A stretch of 64,000 bases of DNA from an uncultured virus (IMG/VR IMGVR_UViG_3300037963_003836) (Duplodnaviria; Heunggongvirae; Uroviricota; Caudoviricetes): IMG/VR virus record IMGVR_UViG_3300037963_003836; one strand, written 5' to 3'. This document shows positions 34,619 through 43,801 of the stretch, in pieces. The notes beneath the pieces are model-generated. The model had not been told where the DNA came from. It was given only the letters and a program-made list of their open reading frames with translations, and searched no databases. Made by a program: the position numbers and the translations under genes. Numbering within the stretch: the stretch's first letter is position 1; each line of letters starts with the position of its first letter.

Positions 34619-34861
34619 TTAATTTTGTTCTCTTAACCGTCTAATATATTCTTTTCTGACTGCCTGTTGTTTTTGTCTTCTTTTTATAGCTGATGGTTTG
34701 ATAAACTCTTGTCTATCTCTAACCTCTTGTAGAACGTTTGATTCTTTTACTTGTCTTTTGAAAAATCTAAGTGCTGCTTCGATGTTTCCGTTAACTACTT
34801 TTGCTGCTTTGAAACGGCCTGGTACAATCATGGCCTCTCTTCTAACTTTTTTTCTACTCAT
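34619..34861 (-). CDS. rpsU: Phage-encoded ribosomal protein bS21
   Basis: NIEAALRFFKRQVKESNVLQEVRDRQEFIKPS..KR matches the S21 family pattern. Confidence 0.9.
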   Translation of the reverse strand: MSRKKVRREAMIVPGRFKAAKVVNGNIEAALRFFKRQVKESNVLQEVRDRQEFIKPSAIKRRQKQQAVRKEYIRRLREQN

Positions 34862-34901
34862 GTAATATAAATTAAAATACCCATCAATATTGATAGGTAT
34901 C

Positions 34902-34909
34902 TATAAATA
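34902..34909 (-). promoter_or_regulatory. Putative late promoter TATTTATA upstream of bS21
   Basis: Recurrent intergenic octamer. Confidence 0.7.
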
Positions 34910-34933
34910 TGAAAATAAATTTAATGAAATTGT

Positions 34934-35092
34934 TTATGATGATAAATCATCAACTTTTTCTTTGAACTCAACAAATGCTTTTGCGAATTCTTTTTTTGTC
35001 TTAGGGTCTAACTTATTTATGTTCTTAAGTGCTTTCTTATACATGATAGAAAGGTCTACTGATATGTCCTGTAAGATTTCACCTTTATCCAT
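34934..35092 (-). CDS. Small hypothetical protein (52 aa, absent from the ORF track)
   Basis: MDKGEILQDISVDLSIMYKKALKNINKLDPKTKKEFAKAFVEFKEKVDDLSS; TAATG stop/start overlap with the upstream gene. Confidence 0.65.
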   Translation of the reverse strand: MDKGEILQDISVDLSIMYKKALKNINKLDPKTKKEFAKAFVEFKEKVDDLSS

Positions 35093-35283
35093 TACTTTAC
35101 CTTACCACTTCTTTTAAGTTCTTCTGCTGCACCGATTACATAACCTAATGCAGTTTTAAGGTCTCTGTTCATGTATTTAGCAATCTTTCTAACTGCCATC
35201 ATCACGATTCTTTTTTCTTCAGTAGAGTATCCCTCTCTTACGGGAGTTTTACTTTCTTTCAATATATTTTTTAACTTAATCAT
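35092..35283 (-). CDS. Small putative internal head protein
   Basis: MIKLKNILKE leader; overlaps both neighbours. Confidence 0.6.
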   Translation of the reverse strand: MIKLKNILKESKTPVREGYSTEEKRIVMMAVRKIAKYMNRDLKTALGYVIGAAEELKRSGKVK

Positions 35284-35858
35284 TTTATTAGGTCCTTTAG
35301 TTTCATTGACTTAGATTCATTTGTAAATTCTTTTGCATTTTCTTTGTCATCTTTATCAACTGATTTTACAGGATATTTCTTTCCGTCTACTTCGAACTCA
35401 TCTTCTCCTTTAGCGATTGCTTTAGCTCTTTCAGCACCGAATTCATTTCCTTCTTTAATTTCATAATATTTCGAAAGTACTTCACCGATTTCATCATAAG
35501 TGGACTCCAATCTCTGTTGTAGTGTATGAACCTCTGTTAAAGTTTTTTGGAATACTTTAAAAGATTCGTTCATGGATTTCATATGTCTATTAACTGTAAC
35601 TCTATCAAACCAATCACCTGTTTCTTCAAGTGTTACTTTGTTTGCGTTTTCAACAATACCTTTTATCGCACTGTAAGTTTCCATAAGGTCACCGTTACGA
35701 TAAATTGTTTCACCAAACTTTTTATATGCGGATACTGCTTCAAGAAATGCTTTCTTTTCTTCAGAAGTCATTTTTTGTTCTTTTTCTTCTTCACCGATAT
35801 TTAATCTTTGGTAAGATTTAGATTGATTTTGTTCGTTTAGTAAATCTTTTAATTTCAT
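35280..35858 (-). CDS. Putative internal head / prohead core protein
   Basis: MKLKDLLNE leader, echoed at the C-terminus (MKLKDLIK); head gene cluster. Confidence 0.6.
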   Translation of the reverse strand: MKLKDLLNEQNQSKSYQRLNIGEEEKEQKMTSEEKKAFLEAVSAYKKFGETIYRNGDLMETYSAIKGIVENANKVTLEETGDWFDRVTVNRHMKSMNESFKVFQKTLTEVHTLQQRLESTYDEIGEVLSKYYEIKEGNEFGAERAKAIAKGEDEFEVDGKKYPVKSVDKDDKENAKEFTNESKSMKLKDLIK

Positions 35859-35871
35859 AATTAATCCCTAT

Positions 35872-36504
35872 CTAAAAACACTCACAATACCCACCAACTT
35901 CACAGATGATGTCTCTCATGATGTTTTGTGCTTTATTATATCTATAAGTATCTTGTTTTTTACTAATCCCTTCATTTATTACACTTTCATTCCTTGGTGA
36001 CATAAATGCTCCATGTGTTGATGGATTAGATACAAAGTCCCAACAAATCAATTCAAAGTCTTGTTCTACTGCTACTGTACCATCTTCACTGATTTGTTTT
36101 ACAGAACCCATTCCTCTTGATGAAATACCAACTGTACACTTAGCGTTGATTATTTCTTGTAATATTTTTCCTGCTGGAGTGTTAAGGATTTCAACTGTAC
36201 CCATAACATCATCACCTCTCCAATAAACATCTCTTACAATGTGTGATGTGTTTTTTAATTCAACAACTGATGATTCAGGATGGTCAAGTTCACCGTACGC
36301 TCTATTCTCTTTTACTTCTCTACCCATGTACTTGTTAACTTCTCTTTTTAGAATGTCCTTTGGATACACTCTACCATTTTGGTTTTTAGCGTTTGCTCTT
36401 TGTAAAACACCTTTCACCATAAATCTACCATACTTGTCCTTAGACTCTTTTAACATAGTAGGAGTTACTTCAAATAACATTGTATCAATTAGTAGTTGTT
36501 TCAT
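35872..36504 (-). CDS. Prohead protease (T4 gp21-like)
   Basis: NQNGRVYP, GELDHP, VGISSRGMGS, DFVSNPS. Confidence 0.95.
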   Translation of the reverse strand: MKQLLIDTMLFEVTPTMLKESKDKYGRFMVKGVLQRANAKNQNGRVYPKDILKREVNKYMGREVKENRAYGELDHPESSVVELKNTSHIVRDVYWRGDDVMGTVEILNTPAGKILQEIINAKCTVGISSRGMGSVKQISEDGTVAVEQDFELICWDFVSNPSTHGAFMSPRNESVINEGISKKQDTYRYNKAQNIMRDIICEVGGYCECF

Positions 36505-36654
36505 TTAACCTTCCCATTGTTTTTTCTTACGATATAAATCAAAGAATACTCTTGCCAATTCATGTCGAATTAGTTTTCTGATTTGTTGGATATCATTTAC
36601 TTCCAACTCCTCTTTCAAGGTCATCTTTTTATTTTCATTACATCCACAAGACAT
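36505..36654 (-). CDS. Small hypothetical protein (49 aa, absent from the ORF track)
   Basis: MSCGCNENKKMTLKEELEVNDIQQIRKLIRHELARVFFDLYRKKKQWEG; fills the gap between two genes. Confidence 0.6.
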   Translation of the reverse strand: MSCGCNENKKMTLKEELEVNDIQQIRKLIRHELARVFFDLYRKKKQWEG

Positions 36655-36655
36655 A

Positions 36656-37204
36656 TTACGAACTCAATTCTCTTAACTGACGTGCTACTTTTAACATTCT
36701 TTCAGAAATCTTTCCAAATCTTTTTTGTGTAGATTTCCAATACTTTTCGTTAGTTACACCCATCTCTGTTTTTAACTTTGTGTTTTGTCCTACAATCTTA
36801 GTAATCTCCCACATCAATCTGTTAATCTCTTTGATTGAGTTGTTTACTTTTTGATGAGCTTTCATCGAGTCATCTCTCTTGTAGTCACGGTAACTTGCTT
36901 CAATCAAACTTTCTAATTTTTTTTCTAACTTATCTTCAACAGATTCCATCTTCCTGATGTTCTTGTTTGATTTACTTGCTTTTTTATATCCTAATACTTC
37001 AATATGTTCATCGTCCATATCGTCTTCAGATTTTGCGAATGCGTATGGAGTTTTTGGTGGACCTGCTCCACCGTCTAAATTACCTGTAACGTTTGCTTCG
37101 TCCTTAGTCTCTTCTTCCTCTTCTTCTTGTCCAAGTAGAACAGTTTTCTTTTCTTCTAATTCTTCGAATCTTTTATCGAGTTGTTCAAGTAAAAATTTAG
37201 ACAT
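36656..37204 (-). CDS. Hypothetical head-cluster protein
   Basis: 182 aa; PPKTPYAF motif; LLE/LIE sites; AAGGAG RBS. Confidence 0.7.
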   Translation of the reverse strand: MSKFLLEQLDKRFEELEEKKTVLLGQEEEEEETKDEANVTGNLDGGAGPPKTPYAFAKSEDDMDDEHIEVLGYKKASKSNKNIRKMESVEDKLEKKLESLIEASYRDYKRDDSMKAHQKVNNSIKEINRLMWEITKIVGQNTKLKTEMGVTNEKYWKSTQKRFGKISERMLKVARQLRELSS

Positions 37205-38040
37205 TATTTTCTCCTTAACTCTTGAAGTAATTGATGATATCTTAACAATGCAAGAATTTGATTTTCATTAATTACTTTATGTTTAGTAAGTTCACTAATT
37301 AAATTTACAGTTTCATTTAGTTTTATTTTAGTAACCTTATCTGAGATTTTAATTGACTTTAGTTCTCTTCTAAGTTTTGCTACTTCTGAAACTACAAACT
37401 TTCTTAATGTATCTGAATTATCAATGTTATTGATATAGTTTTTCAAAATAAGTTTTTGTGATTCACTTAAACCTGAATACTTAGAATTAAATGAATCTAC
37501 TAAAAATTTATATGCTAATAATCTAACCTCTTTTGGTTGTTTAGAATATTCTTCACTTACTTTTTCTTCTTTGATAACAACCTTGTCTGTAGTTATTGCT
37601 TCGAATATAGTATTCTTACATTCTACATACTCTTTTGGAGATGTTGACTCAACATTTTCAAATAGTTTGTATGCTGATGCCATCTCACGATAATTACTAA
37701 CTCTGTATTTAAAAAAGTCTTCTATAATATAAGAATCTTTTATAGACTTAATTAAGTTATACTTTTCTCTTCTAAGTACACCTTCGTTTAACTTTGCTCT
37801 TTCTTTCAATATAATATTTAAGAATTCTGATGCTTTGTATTCAGAATCAAAGTTTTCTTTTGTAAGTGATTGATATAACTTAAGTTCTCTTGCTAATTGA
37901 GAACCTTTTCTAAAGTGGTTTTGTATAATCTTGGTTGCATAGCAAGTATTATCCGACAAAGTGTCAGATGCGATTTGTCTGACTAATAGTTCAAACAGAA
38001 TCCCTGTGTTCTTGAATTTACTATGTTTTAATTTTCCCAT
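37204..38040 (-). CDS. Hypothetical head-cluster protein
   Basis: 278 aa; KHSKFKNTGILFELL start; directly downstream of portal. Confidence 0.75.
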   Translation of the reverse strand: MGKLKHSKFKNTGILFELLVRQIASDTLSDNTCYATKIIQNHFRKGSQLARELKLYQSLTKENFDSEYKASEFLNIILKERAKLNEGVLRREKYNLIKSIKDSYIIEDFFKYRVSNYREMASAYKLFENVESTSPKEYVECKNTIFEAITTDKVVIKEEKVSEEYSKQPKEVRLLAYKFLVDSFNSKYSGLSESQKLILKNYINNIDNSDTLRKFVVSEVAKLRRELKSIKISDKVTKIKLNETVNLISELTKHKVINENQILALLRYHQLLQELRRK

Positions 38041-38089
38041 TTTTCTACCTTAATTACTAACAACTACAATATAAATATCTAAAAATAAT

Positions 38090-39976
38090 CTAAATCGTGT
38101 CATCTATTAAATTCTTCTCATCTAACATACCACCCTCGTCATTAGTTTGAGTGTCGTCTTTCAAAGATTCTAAGATAACTTTTTTAGTTTTTCTCTTTAG
38201 TTTCGAAAGAGATGCGTCCATCCTTTGTTGTTCTTCATACGCAAGTGGCGACATCTTGTGTTTACTGTATGTATTCGTTGCTTTCGGTCTATTTGACTTG
38301 TTTCCAAGTGGGTCTCTACCAAATGGGTCATCATCAGTTTTATATGTTCCTGAATGTTTTGGTCTACCTGCTCCTTCAAATCCCCCTTCAGGTGCTCCAC
38401 CTTTATTTTCACCGAATCCACCTTCACCTTCACCTTCACCATTTTGTTGTATCATAGCAAGGTCATGTGGTGTTCCGAATGACTCACCTGATTTAACAGG
38501 GTCATTACCTTCAGATTCTATTTGTTCGTGTCTGAATCCTAACTTAATATCTCTAATAACTTTAGCTTGTTCAGTCTTCCACTCATCGTCAGACATATTG
38601 AATATATTTTTGTACATCCATTCTTGAGAAACCATTTTCAAATCTTTCATGTCACTAACAAGTGATACTTTTTCAGACCAAAGATTTGCTTTTTCTTGTT
38701 CGTATATAATAGATGGGTTAGTAAGTTCTAATTCAAAGTTAACCAAGTCTGCATTTTCATATCCTTGTGAATATAAATGAACAATTGCGATTTTAGTTAA
38801 TTCTGAAAGAATAATCTTCTGTAATCTTTCAACAGTTCTTGCGAATCTAATATCTTCTTGTGCTAATGTTGCTTTACCTTCAACACCTTCTTCGTATCCA
38901 ATAAATGCTTTTGGAACTTTAAGTGCTGCCATCATTCTGTTTCTTAGGTATTCTATATCATCAATACCACCAAACTCCATTCCTTGTAAAGAATCAATCT
39001 CAGTACCACTCTGACCACCTCTTACAGGTAAGTAATAATCTTCTAACATATTCATAAGATTAAACTTAAGATTGTAATCACCTGTATTTTGGTCAAGGTA
39101 AGGAACTTTTTTCATTTGGTCGATAATACTTCTCATGTGATTATCAACTTCACTTGGTGGAATATTACCTACATCAATTTTAAAGATTCTCTTTTCAGGT
39201 GCTCTCATGATTCTGTGAATCATCATTGCGTCTTCCATAAGAGTTAATTGTTTCCAAGTCTTTCTTGCACCTTCTAATAGTGAACGACCATATGGTAAGA
39301 AGTTTGTATCTGCCATAAGTCTAAAATGTGCTATTTGATAAAATTCAAAATAGTCATCAGGTCTACTTGACGCTACACCATGTGCGGCTCCCGCTGCACC
39401 TAACTTAAATCTTACTTCATATGGATTCTCAGGATTGAATCCTTCTTCTCTCTCAATCTCATATGCCGACATTGGTGAAGCATTTACAATACCAACACCT
39501 TCTTCTATATCTAAATGTAAAAAGTAATCACCGTATTTATTCATACCTCTAATCCAAGACCAAAGGTTAAATTCGATGTTTAATACATCATAGAAAAGGT
39601 TTTGTAATATCTTCTTTATATTTTCGTCATTACTCTTAATTCTTAAAACGTCACCCATGTCATTCTTTAGGGTACATTCATCTGAGTAAATATCTAATAC
39701 AGATGCGATGATTGAATCTTTATCCATCGCTTCATAATCTGTATATAATTCTAATTTATTTGAATGGTAGTTAAATTGATTGTTATAGGTTTCCCAATGT
39801 TTTCTTGTGGTATGTAACCTACCAAATCTATCGTAGTATGAGGACCCTCTAAGGTTACCCTGAGATTGTAATCTCTGAGTATCAATAGTTTGAGTTCTAC
39901 CCTTACCGATTCTACGAACTACAACCTGAGTGTTGAATAGTTTCTTTAATCTACCAAATAATGATTTATCTGCCAT
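38090..39976 (-). CDS. Portal protein (T4 gp20-like)
   Basis: QLTLMEDAMMIHRIMRAPEKRIFKIDVGNIP, LEDYYLPVRGG..GTEI..L.G, F.R.V.RLQ. Confidence 0.97.
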   Translation of the reverse strand: MADKSLFGRLKKLFNTQVVVRRIGKGRTQTIDTQRLQSQGNLRGSSYYDRFGRLHTTRKHWETYNNQFNYHSNKLELYTDYEAMDKDSIIASVLDIYSDECTLKNDMGDVLRIKSNDENIKKILQNLFYDVLNIEFNLWSWIRGMNKYGDYFLHLDIEEGVGIVNASPMSAYEIEREEGFNPENPYEVRFKLGAAGAAHGVASSRPDDYFEFYQIAHFRLMADTNFLPYGRSLLEGARKTWKQLTLMEDAMMIHRIMRAPEKRIFKIDVGNIPPSEVDNHMRSIIDQMKKVPYLDQNTGDYNLKFNLMNMLEDYYLPVRGGQSGTEIDSLQGMEFGGIDDIEYLRNRMMAALKVPKAFIGYEEGVEGKATLAQEDIRFARTVERLQKIILSELTKIAIVHLYSQGYENADLVNFELELTNPSIIYEQEKANLWSEKVSLVSDMKDLKMVSQEWMYKNIFNMSDDEWKTEQAKVIRDIKLGFRHEQIESEGNDPVKSGESFGTPHDLAMIQQNGEGEGEGGFGENKGGAPEGGFEGAGRPKHSGTYKTDDDPFGRDPLGNKSNRPKATNTYSKHKMSPLAYEEQQRMDASLSKLKRKTKKVILESLKDDTQTNDEGGMLDEKNLIDDTI

Positions 39977-40049
39977 AATTATGTTTTCTAATTATATTGT
40001 ATACGTCTACAAACTATAAATATACAAAAAAAATAGTTTATATCCAAAT

Positions 40050-41624
40050 TTATAGTAACCAAGTTAAATCATGGTCATTTCCGTGTCCATCTTTCTGTTT
40101 CCACGGGTCAGTTCCAAGGTTACGATTACTATAGACGCCTGGTTGGTTCTTTCTAATATGAGTCAATGTTGTTCTTGTTAAATCCATTCCCTGTTGTCTC
40201 AGTTTTAATGCGGTATCTCTTACCCATAAACCTGTTGAAAATGATATTACCAAGTCATCATTGTATCCTCTTTGTGCTTCTGCACGTGAACCGTTCCATA
40301 TAAATACAAATAATTCGTCTATTAACCTTTGTGAACGAATTATTGGTGTTCTTTCTCTCATATATGTATCTAACTTAGATATAACAAGTGGTCTTGTTCT
40401 TGATGTCATAGAAAATCCAGGCACCATGTCATCTTTTCTTTTTAAATCAAAACCTTTTCTAAGATGAATATCTTCATCAATATATCCAAGTTCTCTATAT
40501 GAGTAATATAGGTTTTGATAATTTCTATCAATAACCTCTTGTATTACTGCCCAACCAATATTTGCGTTTTCAATCACTAACATCGCATTATTCCATTCAC
40601 TTGCGATTGATGTTAAAAATGCACCATATTGTTTGGTTTCTATTTTACCTTTATACTCTGCTACTTGTTCTACGTTCTCAACATCGAAAACATGAAACGC
40701 AGAATAATCTGTAGAGTCACCTCTTGCAACATCGGCTACTACTACATAATTTTTTGTGTAGTTTGGATAGTCCCATAACCAATAGTTACCATCAAAACCT
40801 CTTTTTTCAATTGGGTCCTTTACATGAGTTTCTTCGTACCACTGTAATGTCGAACCTTCTACTACTGTATAACCTGATGATATAAAGTCACAATCACATT
40901 CTTGTGCTGCACCCTTCTCACCTAACAACTTTGTTTGTTCACTTCTCCATTGTTCATTTCTTTCAGGGTGTACTGACCAATGTAATTCTATTGGGTTCCA
41001 TTGGTCACCACTTGTTCCTTGTAACCAAACTTTGTGAAACCAATTACCAACACCATTTGGAGTTGACAATACAATTGCACCACCACCCGTTGATAATGTA
41101 GATTGAGATGATGTCCAAATTGATTCTACATTGTCAATAAACGCGGCTTCATCAATTACCAATAGTGATAATGCTTCAGAACGACCTGCGTCACCTGCTG
41201 CAGATGTTGCTTTTATTTGAGAACCGTTTTTAAGTCTTAGTGATAGTTTGTTATCTTCTTCCGTTCCACCTCTTAACCATGATGGTAAGTTTTGGTGCAT
41301 GAACCTAACCTTTGTTACAAGGTTTTTCGCTACTTCTTGTTTTGTTGCAATTACAAGAACGTTTTTATCTTCATGAAACAACATCAACCAAAGTGAATAA
41401 CCTGCTGATAGTGTTGATATACCTAACTGTCTTGATTTTAGAATAACATTGAATCTGTTTTCTCTAAAATCTCCCATTAAGTCTTCTTGGAAGTCGTATA
41501 AATTGAAAAGTATTTTTCCCCGAGATGGATGTTGAATATAACAGTACTTTTTGAAAAAGTATACGGGGTTTTTAGCACATTTAATGTACTCTTCTTTTAT
41601 GATTTGTTTTAGAGGTTTGGTCAT
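40050..41624 (-). CDS. terL: Terminase large subunit (T4 gp17-like)
   Basis: KSRQLGIST Walker A, LLVIDEAAF Walker B, STPNG, ADVARG, NDDLV. Confidence 0.97.
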   Translation of the reverse strand: MTKPLKQIIKEEYIKCAKNPVYFFKKYCYIQHPSRGKILFNLYDFQEDLMGDFRENRFNVILKSRQLGISTLSAGYSLWLMLFHEDKNVLVIATKQEVAKNLVTKVRFMHQNLPSWLRGGTEEDNKLSLRLKNGSQIKATSAAGDAGRSEALSLLVIDEAAFIDNVESIWTSSQSTLSTGGGAIVLSTPNGVGNWFHKVWLQGTSGDQWNPIELHWSVHPERNEQWRSEQTKLLGEKGAAQECDCDFISSGYTVVEGSTLQWYEETHVKDPIEKRGFDGNYWLWDYPNYTKNYVVVADVARGDSTDYSAFHVFDVENVEQVAEYKGKIETKQYGAFLTSIASEWNNAMLVIENANIGWAVIQEVIDRNYQNLYYSYRELGYIDEDIHLRKGFDLKRKDDMVPGFSMTSRTRPLVISKLDTYMRERTPIIRSQRLIDELFVFIWNGSRAEAQRGYNDDLVISFSTGLWVRDTALKLRQQGMDLTRTTLTHIRKNQPGVYSNRNLGTDPWKQKDGHGNDHDLTWLL

Positions 41625-41628
41625 ACAT

Positions 41629-42237
41629 CTACTTTTTATCCTTCTTGAATCTTATTCTCCAATACATTCTACCTGTTATGATTGGTTGAAGGTTTTCGTT
41701 TACCCCAAGTCCTAAACCATAAACATTGTCTGATTTAGATTTGTAAAGAAGGTCTCCTGATAAAAAGTTTATTTGTGATTTATTACCCCCAATACTAACA
41801 CCACCAAAAAACTTTGCTTTGTTTAAATAAATGTCGTTTGTAATTGTGGTTGTTGGTATCAATACTTGTGAATCAAAGTTTCTACTAAATATTTTATTTT
41901 GGGTAATTGTATCTATGATAGTAATATAACCTAATGAGTCTAATTTTAAAGTATCTTTATAGACATACTTACTGTAGTAATCTTTTAGGATTTCAAGAGT
42001 GTCTATTTTAGATTTTAACACAACGGTATCGGTAACTGTATTAGTTACAATACGAGTTTGATACTTCGGAACATAGACTTTCTTTTCTATTTCCAAAGTA
42101 TCGTATCTCGTTTCAACTTTCGTTACAATTTTTTCTACTTCAGTAACATCTGAAGGACCACCACAAGTTTTCATTAAAACTAAAATGATGAGAACAAAAA
42201 TCACAAGAGTTTGTATATTACTTACAAACTTTTTCAT
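41629..42237 (-). CDS. Membrane-anchored protein (possibly spanin-like)
   Basis: N-terminal hydrophobic helix ending MKTC; TDTV/IDTL repeats; beta-strand-rich C-terminus. Confidence 0.5.
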   Translation of the reverse strand: MKKFVSNIQTLVIFVLIILVLMKTCGGPSDVTEVEKIVTKVETRYDTLEIEKKVYVPKYQTRIVTNTVTDTVVLKSKIDTLEILKDYYSKYVYKDTLKLDSLGYITIIDTITQNKIFSRNFDSQVLIPTTTITNDIYLNKAKFFGGVSIGGNKSQINFLSGDLLYKSKSDNVYGLGLGVNENLQPIITGRMYWRIRFKKDKK

Positions 42238-42264
42238 ACAGATTCTCCTATCCCGTTAGGGGTT

Positions 42265-42708
42265 TTATTTTTTAGAACCTCTACCTCTACCTGAACCTGA
42301 ACCTGAAGATTTTCTTCCTCTACCTCTACCTGAACCTGAACCTGATGCTCTTCCAGCGGTACCTTTTCCTGAAGTTTTTCTTCCACGTCCTTTTCCTGAA
42401 CCTGAACCTGAAGATGGTCTTCTACCTTTTCTCTTGTTTCCCTTCGCTGCGTTAACAACGTCTTTAGATTGTTTACCAACTTCTTTGATTGAATCGGCAA
42501 CATCACCAAGTTCTTCTTTGACTCTCTTGGCTCTTCTTTTAACCTCAGACTTAACTTTGGTTGCTGTTTCTTTTACATCTTCAACTGCGTCTTCAACTTC
42601 ATCAGGAATGTAATCTCCATCCCTATCATTGATTTTACCTGTTTTGTAAAAGTAAAAGTATACTCCCGCTCCCGCGACTAATACACCTAAAATAATCCAT
42701 AATGCCAT
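42265..42708 (-). CDS. Membrane protein with DxDGD loop and R/G/S-rich tail
   Basis: TM helix aa 3-21; DRDGDYIPDEVED; GSGSGRGRG repeats. Confidence 0.7.
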   Translation of the reverse strand: MALWIILGVLVAGAGVYFYFYKTGKINDRDGDYIPDEVEDAVEDVKETATKVKSEVKRRAKRVKEELGDVADSIKEVGKQSKDVVNAAKGNKRKGRRPSSGSGSGKGRGRKTSGKGTAGRASGSGSGRGRGRKSSGSGSGRGRGSKK

Positions 42709-42759
42709 AATTTACCTATTTTAAAAATTATTGTTGTTAATATAAATATGAAAAAAAAA

Positions 42760-43752
42760 TTAATTAGTTGATTTTGGAACTTCTCTACAATATTCCTCTA
42801 TCTTTTCTAATACATCAAAATGTGTTTTAGGATGATGTTGGTCTATTTCATATGAAACAGATTCTATCAAACTTCTTTTGATTCTATCCCACTCTTCAAA
42901 ACGTTCTTTTTCATAGAATGTTTTTGCTCCCCAAAGATGAAAAACGTTTTGATTCATTTCTTCGAGTATGATTTGTTGTGCTTCATTATGCATTTGGTGC
43001 ATAAATCTAAATGGACTCGCTATTGAATCTGATAATGAAATAGTTCTTATATTGTAACTATCAATCGGACTCATGATTGGTTGGAAGTTTTCTAAATATG
43101 CCATCGCAGGTAATAACCATTGTTCTGCTGTTACCTGTGGTCCATATTCATGTAGATAATCCAATTCAGGTAAATCAATTACTTTACCTTCGTTATTTAG
43201 AACAAATTCGAAATATCGTTTTACATACTTGTGACAAAACTTTATATTATTAAATCCTAATATAGCACAATTAAATGGTAATGAATTTGCGAATGCTATC
43301 AACTCGTCATTAGACCATTCAAAGTCTTTAGGTTGTGATATTAAAGTTGGAAATGGATACTGTGCTGGTGTTTCTGTATGAAAAAAGAAAACATCATTGT
43401 TTTTATCACTTAACGCCACTTCTAATGGAAGATGTACTACCATATCTGTATCTACGATTACAAAAGGTTCCTCTTGTTTTTCCATAACACAGAATTTGGG
43501 TGTTGCCCAAAACATATCATAGTTTACTTTACTACTATCGAAACTATCAAGTACTTCTGTATTTACCTCATCGTAAAGATTTAAGATACCAAAGTCTTCA
43601 TATAACTTTTTAGTTTCCGTATCGGTATAAAAAATTATTTTAGAGTTTGGATTTAATCTTTTTAATTTAATAACACTTAAGAATTGTGTTAGTAGTGTAA
43701 GGTCGTCTAATTTTTCAGTCTTCTTACACTGATAAGTCTGTATAATGTTCAT
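42760..43752 (-). CDS. Putative GT-A-like sugar/nucleotide transferase
   Basis: IIFYTD, FWATPK, PFVIVDTD (DxD), FNCAILG, AEQ, FHLWG. Confidence 0.55.
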   Translation of the reverse strand: MNIIQTYQCKKTEKLDDLTLLTQFLSVIKLKRLNPNSKIIFYTDTETKKLYEDFGILNLYDEVNTEVLDSFDSSKVNYDMFWATPKFCVMEKQEEPFVIVDTDMVVHLPLEVALSDKNNDVFFFHTETPAQYPFPTLISQPKDFEWSNDELIAFANSLPFNCAILGFNNIKFCHKYVKRYFEFVLNNEGKVIDLPELDYLHEYGPQVTAEQWLLPAMAYLENFQPIMSPIDSYNIRTISLSDSIASPFRFMHQMHNEAQQIILEEMNQNVFHLWGAKTFYEKERFEEWDRIKRSLIESVSYEIDQHHPKTHFDVLEKIEEYCREVPKSTN

Positions 43753-43801
43753 AACTAATTAACTTTGTATATAAATATGAAAATAAATTTAATGAATGTA
43801 A

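Noticed and set aside
42234..42509. 91-aa QVQVEVE-repeat ORF
   Set aside because: Alternative frame of the GSGSGRGRG repeat
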